61,938 nt of DNA from a virus. Lineage: Duplodnaviria > Caudoviricetes. Each line of letters opens with the position of its first letter. The stretch's first letter is position 1. The stretch spans positions 1 through 61,938 of the IMG/VR virus record IMGVR_UViG_3300025889_000121, one strand, 5' to 3'. Shown here piece after piece: positions 1 through 8,492 of this stretch. Made by a program: the position numbers and the translations under genes. The notes beneath the pieces were generated by a model. That model searched no databases. It was given only the letters and a program-made list of their open reading frames with translations, and was not told where the DNA came from.

Positions 1-172
1 TTTCTGTAATTAAATCTTTGCGAATACATCTGTAGCCGTTGTATTCTTTTTTACCCCTGTAATTTTTAATGTAGTGTATGTTTGCTTGAGTGCAGTTTTC
101 AAACGTGCCTCCAAATTTTTCATCGGGACCCAAATCACCTACTAAACTGATTATTAACACAAATTCCATCAT
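1..172 (-). CDS. Small hypothetical protein, truncated at window edge (MMEFVLIISLVGDLGPDEKFGGTFENCTQA...)
   Basis: Manual translation; ATG overlaps the stop of the upstream gene (ATGA coupling); hydrophobic N-terminus; not in ORF track. Confidence 0.6.
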   Translation of the reverse strand, partial: MMEFVLIISLVGDLGPDEKFGGTFENCTQANIHYIKNYRGKKEYNGYRCIRKDLITE

Positions 173-342
173 AGTTCTTTCCCACAAGACTCACAAAGAA
201 CAGGCTGACTCTCTGTCTTTTGCTGTTTATACCTACAATGCTTGCACCGTATTCCAAATATTCTATCATATCCGTCGTTAAATGCCTTGTTATCTGTGGG
301 TCTTTGTTTACTTCCTTTTCCTGCTTCATTATATATAGTCAT
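169..342 (-). CDS. 57-aa phage protein with C-terminal Zn ribbon (MTIYNEAGKGSKQRP...CKHC...CESC)
   Basis: Manual translation; coupled at both ends (TAATG, ATGA); two CxxC pairs. Confidence 0.75.
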   Translation of the reverse strand: MTIYNEAGKGSKQRPTDNKAFNDGYDRIFGIRCKHCRYKQQKTESQPVLCESCGKEL

Positions 343-962
343 TACCAAAAAGTCTCCAATTGTCCGTTTCTTCTAATTATGTGCCCTTGAAGAGTTATTC
401 TATATTCATTAGGCACAAACTCTTTTAGCCCTGCTATTCTATGAAGGGTAAGCCCATCATGTAGAATTAGTTCTTTTCTTTTGTATGGTAGATATTCTAT
501 TGTGTTTGCTTTAGTAATATATTCCATGCCACCACCTGACCTAGGCAAGTCTATGGCAACAGTGTAAGCATAAGCATCATCAATACCTGCACCTAAAGTC
601 ACATGTGGAAAGTCCTGGTGCCAATGCCCTGCTATATTTTTTTCTATAAATACTGGATCGCTTGGGAATATGTGGAAGCCTGGAATGGCTAAGTCTTCTG
701 TTAATACTACAGTCTCATCAAATATAAATGTTAAACTATCTAATAGTTTGCTGTATAGACCATAAAAGTTTTGAGCCAATAACTCATTTTGCCATTTAGA
801 TTCATCATAATATTCTTTTGTTTTACCATCTAAATATGCACTGCGGCCTAAAGTATAAAAAGGATACTCGTCAGAACGACTTATCCATAATTTAGTTAGC
901 TTATAAACTTTTTCTAAAATGTCTTTTATGTTTATATCTAAACTAATTTTTTTGTATTTCAC
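342..962 (-). CDS. Putative 2OG-Fe(II) oxygenase
   Basis: HQD...H facial triad (WHQDFPH; LHRI) and RITLQ 2OG-binding Arg. Confidence 0.7.
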   Translation of the reverse strand: MKYKKISLDINIKDILEKVYKLTKLWISRSDEYPFYTLGRSAYLDGKTKEYYDESKWQNELLAQNFYGLYSKLLDSLTFIFDETVVLTEDLAIPGFHIFPSDPVFIEKNIAGHWHQDFPHVTLGAGIDDAYAYTVAIDLPRSGGGMEYITKANTIEYLPYKRKELILHDGLTLHRIAGLKEFVPNEYRITLQGHIIRRNGQLETFW

Positions 963-1131
963 TATATTTTCGTTTCCTCTCTTTTGCCATCTTTAGCAGT
1001 TCTTTTTTTGTTTGATCATCTAAGTATAGCCATTGTTCTAAATCGTCATAAGTTCTATAGCAAGATGTGCACATATTAACCCCATCAATGAGGGCGTATG
1101 AACATACTCCATTGCAAGAACTATCTACCAT
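943..1131 (-). CDS. DUF1289-like Cys-rich protein
   Basis: SSCNGVC...CTSCYRTYDDLEQW pattern; start moved to the ATG at 1131. Confidence 0.7.
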   Translation of the reverse strand: MVDSSCNGVCSYALIDGVNMCTSCYRTYDDLEQWLYLDDQTKKELLKMAKERKRKYSEIQKN

Positions 1132-1159
1132 AATATCATACTCTTTTGTTAACTGTAAA

Positions 1160-1237
1160 GAAAAACGCACCACTAAAGGAAACTAGCAAAATGTGGTGCG
1201 TCTTAATGGCATGAATCGAGGGAGGATGCCCCATGCC
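1160..1237 (-). ncRNA. Candidate two-hairpin RNA/terminator with anti-RBS loops
   Basis: Stems 1208-1213/1232-1237 (extended by G-U pairs on the minus strand) and 1165-1173/1193-1201 followed by a U-tract; loops read CAUCCUCCCUCG and AUUUUGCUAGUUUCCUUUA. Confidence 0.55.
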
Positions 1238-1527
1238 TAGGCTTTTTTATTTTTATACTTTTTACCTACAACGTTTTTCTTTAAACTGCTGTCTTTGTTT
1301 CTTGGAAAAGAACTATTCTTATCAAAGTCTCTAACTCTTAAATTACTCATGGTGTTAGAGCCACCTTTACTTAAAGGTGTTTTGTGATCTACGGCTTTGC
1401 CGTCACCCTTTTTAACTTTGCCTAATCTTTCCATCATTCGTCTAGCTTTATTTCTAGCCACACGTTTTTTAATTTGATCAGGTTTGCTTTTATATTCTCT
1501 ATTTTCTTTTGCGTAATCTCGTGTCAT
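1237..1527 (-). CDS. HNH endonuclease-like protein
   Basis: VDHKTPLSKGGSN...NLRV...N motif. Confidence 0.8.
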   Translation of the reverse strand: MTRDYAKENREYKSKPDQIKKRVARNKARRMMERLGKVKKGDGKAVDHKTPLSKGGSNTMSNLRVRDFDKNSSFPRNKDSSLKKNVVGKKYKNKKA

Positions 1528-2198
1528 TATTTACCCCAATGCGGACATCCTTGAACAGGACAAAACTTTTTACATGCAAAGTTAGGTATAGGGTTAAACA
1601 CTTCCGTATCATAAGCAGTATCCATACGCTGTATTAACCTAGACCACTCTGCAAATATATCACTGATATTGGTATTATTATACTCCTGTTTTATTATATC
1701 TTTACACACTAAAAATATTAATCCTGCTTTTATTTTTTCTACTTCGGGAAAATGTTTAAATATAGCTAAACTAAGTAAACCAAGCTGTTTTGTATCTGCA
1801 TACTCACTGCTCTTTCCTGTTTTATAATCGATTATTGTAGCTAGTTTCTTGTCTTTGTCAAGTATCATTAAGTCTACTGCACCTCTCCACCAGACATTAT
1901 CATCAAAGAACCCACAAGGCTCTAATGTTTTTGTAAGGCCCAGTCTAAGTTCACAATGCTTTTCCCCTGGAATTTCTAATAGCTTGTCTATAATGCTTTG
2001 AAACTCCTTAAATTTTTCTGGCAGCGGAACTCCATCTCTTACGTATTCTTCCGCAGCTTTGTGAACTGCGTTACCATACAAGAAATGTTTTTGGTTAGGA
2101 TCTTGCTTTATGTCCTTAGCAACATACAAGTGATAATACTGCTTAGGGCACTTCTCAAAAGTTGTCGCACTTGAATACGACCATGTGTATTTAGCCAT
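1527..2198 (-). CDS. PD-(D/E)XK exonuclease (Cas4/RecB-like)
   Basis: WSYS...CP, G.AVH, RGAVD, IIDYKTG and C-terminal CxxCP...C. Confidence 0.9.
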   Translation of the reverse strand: MAKYTWSYSSATTFEKCPKQYYHLYVAKDIKQDPNQKHFLYGNAVHKAAEEYVRDGVPLPEKFKEFQSIIDKLLEIPGEKHCELRLGLTKTLEPCGFFDDNVWWRGAVDLMILDKDKKLATIIDYKTGKSSEYADTKQLGLLSLAIFKHFPEVEKIKAGLIFLVCKDIIKQEYNNTNISDIFAEWSRLIQRMDTAYDTEVFNPIPNFACKKFCPVQGCPHWGK

Positions 2199-4030
2199 TA
2201 TTTTGCATCCATATAGTTGTCCCCAACTCCTACTTCACAGTCGAGGGGTAAGTCGGAACACCATACTGGAGCCGTAGTCATGCACTCCTTGACGTATGAT
2301 ACGCAATTATCTACTTCATTTTCTTTGCATAACATTACAAGTTCATCGTGAACAGTCATAACTACAGGATACTTTTTAGATACTGCAACTAATTGCTCCC
2401 CAATTATGTCTCTGGCTAACGACTGAATGCAACGTTGAAAAGTTTTTGCTGGGTGTGTGTATTCAACTATTATGCTGTTGCCCATCTTCTTATCATATAC
2501 CCATGTTGCTCTACCATCTTCTGTTTCTATCTGTCTCAAGTTTGGCAAAGGCAATAGCATTTTATTAGGTTTTAGCATTCCTTGTTTTGAAATGCTTTCT
2601 ATTATTCTTTTGTTTCCCATACTATATTTCTTTCCTTTAGAAACAGCTTCTAACATCGATCCTGCTTCGTCCCAAGAATTAACTAGTAAAGGGTTGGATG
2701 CTCTATAGTTATAAACAATACCTTTAATCTCTTCTATATCTTTATCCACACCACCTTGAGTTAAGATAGCGTGCATTTTGTTAGCACCAACACCATAAAT
2801 ACCTGATAGATTAACAACTTTAAATATATAACGCAAGTCTTTGTCTACACTATCATAATCAATTCCCATAATTTCTGCTGCGGACATTTTGTATAAGTCA
2901 ACACCTTTGTTAATCAAATCTATCTTGTTGTAGTCTTGAGCAAACCAATAAGCAAGTCGTAATTCAATATTGCTCAAGTCTGATGCAACTATCTTGTGTC
3001 CTTCTGGAGCGCATATAGCTCTACGGAGCTCAGACATGCGGGGGAGATTTTGTAGATTGATTCCATCTACACCACTCCATCTATGTGATATAACTGCCCC
3101 AGAATATTTCAATGGAACAGGTAGGGTTCCCCTGTTTGCAATAGATATAAAGTTCTCTGTGCGTGTTTCTTCTATGGTTGATTTGTTTCCTATTCGTGCA
3201 GAGGCGAGGGTTTGTATATATGGATCTTCGTGTTCTAGCAGTGCTTTAAAACCTTCGTCTGTCTTAGCAAAAGCGTAGGTATCTTTCCCTGTGGTAGGGC
3301 TTTTTTTCATAGGGACTTTTACTTTCATAGATTTTAAAAGTTCTGCAAATTGAGGGTTACTCATTAGAACTTTTTTATCTACAGCAACGCTATCTAATAG
3401 TTCTTGTTTTCCTGTTTTTATCTTAGCTAAATGTTTTATAAGCAACGCTTTATTTATTTTTAGTTTAGGTTCAGAAAACATTCTTATAGTTAAGTCAATT
3501 AATTTTAATTCAGTAGATGTGAATCTATTGACTAATTGAAAAAACAAAGCGTAAGTTAATTCAACGTCATTCTTACAGTATTCACCGTATGCTTTTAGTT
3601 CATTATATTTAAAGGTTAATCTATGCTTACCTAACGCATCTAAAACTTCTGTTCCTTTTTCTCCCAAGTTATATAGACGTGCTAAGTTCTTAAGAGATAC
3701 AGACTCTGTTAGTCCGTGAATTATGATTCCCATACTCATGGTATCAAACAGGCCTTTTGGTTTTATGTCGAATATCCAACTTAAGATTGACGCATCAAAG
3801 CGCATGTTGTGCCCAAGCACAAACTTGTTTTCTAAATCATAACTATTGAGGAAGTCTTTTGTTTCTTGGTGAGTGCCTGTAAACCATACAGGTTCTTTAT
3901 CGGCTTGTTTTACAGAGACACCTATAACTTCAAATTGTGGATCTCTTATATATTCTTCTGTAGTGTATTTATTTAAGCCGTAGTTTTTATCGTAGTATGT
4001 TTCAAAGTCGATTGTTATTAAGTTCTTCAT
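2198..4030 (-). CDS. polA: DNA polymerase family A with 3'-5' exonuclease
   Basis: ExoI DFET, ExoII HNMRFD, INLQNLP, motif A DLSNIELR, motif B RYIFKVVNLSGIYG, motif C VHDE. Confidence 0.95.
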   Translation of the reverse strand: MKNLITIDFETYYDKNYGLNKYTTEEYIRDPQFEVIGVSVKQADKEPVWFTGTHQETKDFLNSYDLENKFVLGHNMRFDASILSWIFDIKPKGLFDTMSMGIIIHGLTESVSLKNLARLYNLGEKGTEVLDALGKHRLTFKYNELKAYGEYCKNDVELTYALFFQLVNRFTSTELKLIDLTIRMFSEPKLKINKALLIKHLAKIKTGKQELLDSVAVDKKVLMSNPQFAELLKSMKVKVPMKKSPTTGKDTYAFAKTDEGFKALLEHEDPYIQTLASARIGNKSTIEETRTENFISIANRGTLPVPLKYSGAVISHRWSGVDGINLQNLPRMSELRRAICAPEGHKIVASDLSNIELRLAYWFAQDYNKIDLINKGVDLYKMSAAEIMGIDYDSVDKDLRYIFKVVNLSGIYGVGANKMHAILTQGGVDKDIEEIKGIVYNYRASNPLLVNSWDEAGSMLEAVSKGKKYSMGNKRIIESISKQGMLKPNKMLLPLPNLRQIETEDGRATWVYDKKMGNSIIVEYTHPAKTFQRCIQSLARDIIGEQLVAVSKKYPVVMTVHDELVMLCKENEVDNCVSYVKECMTTAPVWCSDLPLDCEVGVGDNYMDAK

Positions 4031-4193
4031 CTAGTCCTTTCTTTTCTTTTTTACAGTAGCCCTGCAAGTTATACTCTCCCATTTGATTTGTATAACCACA
4101 CCACCACTTACCTGCTTGGTTAAATTTTGCAGAGTCGCCACATTTATGACAAACTGCTTTCCCTACCCCCATATCTATATTCCCTTTCTTCAT
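4002..4193 (-). CDS. Small Cys-rich hypothetical protein
   Basis: ORF overlaps both neighbours; CHKC...WWC. Confidence 0.6.
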   Translation of the reverse strand: MKKGNIDMGVGKAVCHKCGDSAKFNQAGKWWCGYTNQMGEYNLQGYCKKEKKGLDEELNNNRL

Positions 4194-4390
4194 ACCTTGT
4201 TTGCATATAACTCATGATCATTACGACATTCAATGGAGCACCACCTCCTGTTGTCACTTTCTTGTATAGGTTCGCCACACCAAATGCACTTGTTTGTGTC
4301 ATTGGTAGGTATCTTTGTGTCAACAGATTTGAGAGTCTTTTCTAACTGTCTCTCAAGTTCGTCATTAGCAACATCAGCTTCGTCTACCAT
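4190..4390 (-). CDS. DksA/TraR-like C4 zinc-finger protein
   Basis: N-terminal DEADVA (DxxDxA) and CIWCGEPI...WCSIEC. Confidence 0.65.
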   Translation of the reverse strand: MVDEADVANDELERQLEKTLKSVDTKIPTNDTNKCIWCGEPIQESDNRRWCSIECRNDHELYANKV

Positions 4391-4405
4391 CGGTCATACC
4401 CCAAG

Positions 4406-4433
4406 CACGTTTTCACAAAATTGTGAATTTGTG
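4406..4433. repeat. 28-bp palindromic element, copy 1
   Basis: CACGTTTTCACAAAATTGTGAATTTGTG, identical at 9564, 10575 and 12216. Confidence 0.95.
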
Positions 4434-4658
4434 CTACTTATCCCTAACTTTATTTCTTAGTTTTTGTAAGTAATAATCTGCTTTATCTAAATCTTCAACG
4501 CCGTTTTTTAAAGCAAATCTCCAAACGTATTTAATTACGTTAGCTACGCATACAGCAATGATACCAACAAGTCCTGTGGTTGCTGACTCAATAGCATCAA
4601 TACATTCTACCTTACCTTGAGTGTAATGAGAAGGCCTGTTTACGTTATCAGTTTTCAT
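4434..4658 (-). CDS. DUF3310 (SaV-like) protein
   Basis: DNVNRPSHYTQGKVECIDAI...NVIKYVWR...KNGVEDLDKA. Confidence 0.9.
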   Translation of the reverse strand: MKTDNVNRPSHYTQGKVECIDAIESATTGLVGIIAVCVANVIKYVWRFALKNGVEDLDKADYYLQKLRNKVRDK

Positions 4659-4959
4659 TTATACGTTGCTTTCCTGTAACATAAAACTCTAGCATATCAA
4701 CATTTGTTTCATCAATCAATAGGGATATACCACCTTGGATAGATATTTCTCTGAGGTTTTTTTGTTGGAGGGCTGTGGGTTTGTTGCCGTTGGCTTTACA
4801 TTCTATGCCAATAAACTTTCCTTTGTAGCATGCAATAATGTCAGGAACACCTGCACGCATGTAGCCACTGGCGATGGGAAAAAAATAGTATGCACCGAGA
4901 CGTTTTAATTTCTCAACTGCTTTATTTTTAACCCACCGTTCAGTAACTTTTTTTACCAT
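4648..4959 (-). CDS. VRR-NUC nuclease / Holliday junction resolvase
   Basis: GVPDII...FIGIECKA...PTALQ. Confidence 0.9.
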   Translation of the reverse strand: MVKKVTERWVKNKAVEKLKRLGAYYFFPIASGYMRAGVPDIIACYKGKFIGIECKANGNKPTALQQKNLREISIQGGISLLIDETNVDMLEFYVTGKQRINEN

Positions 4960-4964
4960 GTTAT

Positions 4965-5267
4965 CTAGGATAACATAGATTTTTGCTTTGCGATAGATTT
5001 TTGTATATCAATGTATTGATAAAGGTAAGCTATGTTTTTTGCTCTTTTGAGAATATCAAAAGCTTGCATCTTGCCATCAATTATTAATTTCAAATCTAGA
5101 TATTCTCTGTCTTTGTCATTCTCGATAACAAGATAAAAATCATTCTCACGCATACCAACACCTTTTACAATAACTCTCGGCTCAGCAAGTTTCAACAATG
5201 CAATCTTCTTTCGGTGCTCTTTTGGAATGTCTGCATTGTTTTCATCACTAGCGCGATATACTTTCAT
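4965..5267 (-). CDS. Hypothetical protein
   Basis: 100-aa ORF coupled to the upstream gene. Confidence 0.7.
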   Translation of the reverse strand: MKVYRASDENNADIPKEHRKKIALLKLAEPRVIVKGVGMRENDFYLVIENDKDREYLDLKLIIDGKMQAFDILKRAKNIAYLYQYIDIQKSIAKQKSMLS

Positions 5268-6109
5268 ATAAGCCCCATAATTTCGTTAACTTTGTTAGCT
5301 ACATGTTTACGTAAAAAATCATTCTCGCGTAAGTCTTGAGCATCTACACCAACAATAGCTTTTTCAAGTTCTTGACGAGCCGATTCTAATTTAGGATCTT
5401 TAGTAATGTTTAAGCTAGATAACAAACCTGTTAACTCTAGTGCATTAGTAACAAGGGTATCTCTAAATATTTTCTTATCTTCACCTTGCAATCTCTCAAG
5501 CATGTGTGCAAGTGTATCGTGCAATCTTGTCCATGCTGAATCCATAGCAAACTTAATCCTATCGTTGTATGCTTTTTCATACTGTTCTTTCAAGTCTTTT
5601 TTCATTTCGGTATTTATATTATCGAAATGATTAACCTCAGGAACAGGTAGAAACGTATACCCAATTTTGTATTTACTGCGTATTTCATCTGCTGCAGGGT
5701 ATTCACTTCTATCAAACAACGCACCTAGTTTGTATGCCATAGCATCTACAATCTTTGGATAGTTATTTATAAACTCATTGACGCGTTCTTGAAACAACTC
5801 TTGGTGTTCGTCCATTTGTTGTTTGTAATCAAAAAACTGTGTCATGGGCAACAAACGAATACCACCACTAGAAGACCATGGAAGTGTTTGTCTCATGTGG
5901 TAGTCCCTAATTTCACTAGCATGTTGCTGTATTTTTGCCAGTGCTTCAGACCCTGCCAGTAGGTGTTTGTTGTAGTTACCAGCTGAAGTTGTTGCACCTT
6001 TACTTACACTAACTTCTTTGGATACACCTTTATCTAGTTTTCTTGCAGTCCATAACGATATGTTAAGTTCAACAAGAACATTACTTGATGCAATATTTAT
6101 ATCACTCAT
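5264..6109 (-). CDS. Conserved phage early protein (DUF3150-like)
   Basis: ISLWTARKLD...TLPW...G.RLLP...LGALFDRSEYP. Confidence 0.7.
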   Translation of the reverse strand: MSDINIASSNVLVELNISLWTARKLDKGVSKEVSVSKGATTSAGNYNKHLLAGSEALAKIQQHASEIRDYHMRQTLPWSSSGGIRLLPMTQFFDYKQQMDEHQELFQERVNEFINNYPKIVDAMAYKLGALFDRSEYPAADEIRSKYKIGYTFLPVPEVNHFDNINTEMKKDLKEQYEKAYNDRIKFAMDSAWTRLHDTLAHMLERLQGEDKKIFRDTLVTNALELTGLLSSLNITKDPKLESARQELEKAIVGVDAQDLRENDFLRKHVANKVNEIMGLI

Positions 6110-6558
6110 GCTGTTACCCCCTCTCCTTTAAATATGTTTTCAAAATAATCAAAATCAAACTGCGTGTTTTCTACCTCTATATATCTTTGATTCATATCAA
6201 ATTCTACACAAATATCATCGATATTAGATATGTTAATGACTATTTCACCATAGCCACCATCGTTGTTATACCAATCAACACCTGTTTTATCTAGCATTTG
6301 GTAGCCTAAATCCTCAAGGGCGGCTTGCAAAGTTGTATCTTTAGGTTTGCCTGCGTCGTGATAATTTTCACTAGTCCACAAAATTGTAGTGATAGGTGTT
6401 GTTACATGCTTATCACTAGCGTCCATTAATGAAACAGAATCAATAGAGCCACTATCCCCTGCCCCTTCAAAAGTTATTACTATTTTTGCTACGTTGTGAA
6501 GCCGTAGCTGAGCAAACAACGAATCTATTTCTTTGTTTGTTACGATTGCTTTTTCCAT
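6106..6558 (-). CDS. Hypothetical protein (DUF6878-like)
   Basis: FEGAGDSG and DWYNNDGGYG motifs. Confidence 0.65.
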   Translation of the reverse strand: MEKAIVTNKEIDSLFAQLRLHNVAKIVITFEGAGDSGSIDSVSLMDASDKHVTTPITTILWTSENYHDAGKPKDTTLQAALEDLGYQMLDKTGVDWYNNDGGYGEIVINISNIDDICVEFDMNQRYIEVENTQFDFDYFENIFKGEGVTA

Positions 6559-7208
6559 TATTTTTCCTCCCTATAACTAATTTTAAACTCGTTAATCTCT
6601 CTATTAATCATGCGATTAATAATTTGTAGGCCTTCGTTTTCAGGATGCATAGCCGTATAGCCCTTCTTAACAATTTTACTTAATCGTTTTTCCATATCTT
6701 CACGAACAGGATCAGCTTCAGGCAATTGATATCCATGAGCACCCACATGGGGTCTCACTCCTGTTTCAATTTCTAAAGTTACAGGCATATCAGGTGGCAA
6801 GTTTTTTATGTTATTAAGTTCTGCCAAATTTTCCTCTTGACGCGTTGCATCTATATAATACTTTTCCTTATCTAAAAGGGCTCGTAAACTTAGATACTGT
6901 TCTACTTCTGTCCATATAGGATGGCTTGCTTTATAATTTTTAAATGTATGAGTCATATAGTAGTCATCTCTAATATGTGGGTGAAACTCTGCTGCATATT
7001 TCTCCCATAACTCTCTAGATAAAAATTTAGTCATAACCTCACTATAACCCGTTGCACCTGTCTCATAATACTTTTTGATGTTCTTTAATTGAGCATCAGT
7101 TAAAGTTGTTACATCAATTACTCCTTCAAGTTTTTTCATGTGTTGCAAATGTTTTTCAGGAACGTGAACTCCCATTTTAGTCTCCTTCATATTTAATAGT
7201 TTTACCAT
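6558..7208 (-). CDS. Hypothetical protein (true start probably ~7175)
   Basis: Long ORF in operon; GGAG RBS precedes the MGVH start. Confidence 0.7.
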   Translation of the reverse strand: MVKLLNMKETKMGVHVPEKHLQHMKKLEGVIDVTTLTDAQLKNIKKYYETGATGYSEVMTKFLSRELWEKYAAEFHPHIRDDYYMTHTFKNYKASHPIWTEVEQYLSLRALLDKEKYYIDATRQEENLAELNNIKNLPPDMPVTLEIETGVRPHVGAHGYQLPEADPVREDMEKRLSKIVKKGYTAMHPENEGLQIINRMINREINEFKISYREEK

Positions 7209-8325
7209 GTGGTGAAGTCAAGTCTGATGTCACCACCCATAATGTAGGGCAAGTCCAAACTCCACCCCAATCTTGTTCTACATAACCATCGGTGAAAACA
7301 ATGGTGGTCTCAGGTTTAAGTTTTTCACTACGTATATACTCATTGAGACAACCTACATGTGTTCCACCACCTCCACGTGGTTTAGTAGTTGCTTTCAGTC
7401 GTTGATACTCTCCCTCTTTGTATTGTTCCACACCTGCAACTTCGTGGTCCCAATACACAAGCACAACGCTTTTTGGTGTTACGTCTTCACATATAGATAC
7501 AATCTCAGACAAGAATAGATTTATTTCTTCTTGTCCAATAGAACCTGATGTGTCAACACCAATTACAATGTCACCTACGGATTCACCAATCATGGAAGGC
7601 ATGTATATATCTTGCGATACATATCTTCTATGTGGTTTGCGCCACGATGACTTGTCTTTTGATTTGCATATAGAGTTTACAAACTGCCTTAACTCTCTGC
7701 GCCAATCTACTTTCGGTTTTAAGAAGTCTGTCACCCCTCTTATTTGATTGCCTGCCATCTTGCCACGCAGGATTTCACCTTGTCGCAAGGCTTGATCGAT
7801 TTGCTCTTTGACTTTTTTAACTTCGTTATCATCAAGCGCCTCTGCTTCGTCAAACCCATGCTCATCAAGAACCACAGTTACACCATCGCTCTGTGGATTT
7901 TCTTTCTGCAATATGTCAAAGATTTGTTTGGTAGTCATGTTGTCAAACCTTTGGTCATACAAACCTGATTTAGGCATAGCTGCAATGTTTTCATCAGGGT
8001 CGGCATTTTTAATAGTAGCGTTAACTACATAATCAGCCGCCATGTTTGTAAGCATAGGGTTCTTCTTAAACAAATCTTTCCATATATGCATGTGTTGAAA
8101 TGCTTTGTGTATTGCCTCATGCAAGACAATAAAGTTTAGTTCTTTCGTTGGCAGTGTTTGTATCCAATCAGGATTGTAAGTTACATCTCTACCATTAGTT
8201 CCTGCTGTGGGAACTTTGTCAGAGAAATTAACATCACCGATAGACAACACACCAGAGAACAAACAAAACTCTTTGCTACGCATGATAGCAATGTGAGACT
8301 TTGTGACTCTATCTTGTGGTGTCAT
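7177..8325 (-). CDS. Metallopeptidase-like + VWA domain protein (DUF2201-like)
   Basis: HEAIH (HExxH), MIDAS DTSGS, GGGGT, FTDG. Confidence 0.9.
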   Translation of the reverse strand: MTPQDRVTKSHIAIMRSKEFCLFSGVLSIGDVNFSDKVPTAGTNGRDVTYNPDWIQTLPTKELNFIVLHEAIHKAFQHMHIWKDLFKKNPMLTNMAADYVVNATIKNADPDENIAAMPKSGLYDQRFDNMTTKQIFDILQKENPQSDGVTVVLDEHGFDEAEALDDNEVKKVKEQIDQALRQGEILRGKMAGNQIRGVTDFLKPKVDWRRELRQFVNSICKSKDKSSWRKPHRRYVSQDIYMPSMIGESVGDIVIGVDTSGSIGQEEINLFLSEIVSICEDVTPKSVVLVYWDHEVAGVEQYKEGEYQRLKATTKPRGGGGTHVGCLNEYIRSEKLKPETTIVFTDGYVEQDWGGVWTCPTLWVVTSDLTSPHGKTIKYEGD

Positions 8326-8483
8326 TCTGCCTCCTCGACTTCAAAGTCTGAACCTGCTACGTTTTTGTGCTGTTGATATTGTTCTAGTGCAAACTCACAA
8401 GCTTGTAGCTTACTTGTAAATGTTTTAACAACTTTACCAACACCTGTTTTTTGATACTCAACCACTAAGTATTCTTTTTGCAT
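8322..8483 (-). CDS. 53-aa hypothetical protein (MQKEYLVVEYQ...)
   Basis: Manual translation; AGGAG RBS; ATGA coupling to the VWA gene. Confidence 0.7.
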   Translation of the reverse strand: MQKEYLVVEYQKTGVGKVVKTFTSKLQACEFALEQYQQHKNVAGSDFEVEEAE

Positions 8484-8492
8484 GCTAATCTC

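Noticed and set aside
135-329. Track ORF of 64 aa
   Set aside because: The alternative frame 169-342 is coupled at both ends and has CxxC motifs
1527-2198. Cas4 as evidence of CRISPR-Cas
   Set aside because: Stand-alone PD-(D/E)XK exonuclease in a replication operon, ordinary for phages
4406-4433. CRP site, parS or dif identity for the 28-bp element
   Set aside because: Half-sites are TCACA-N4-TGTGA (reverse order and wrong spacing for CRP); no match to parS or XerC/D arm consensus
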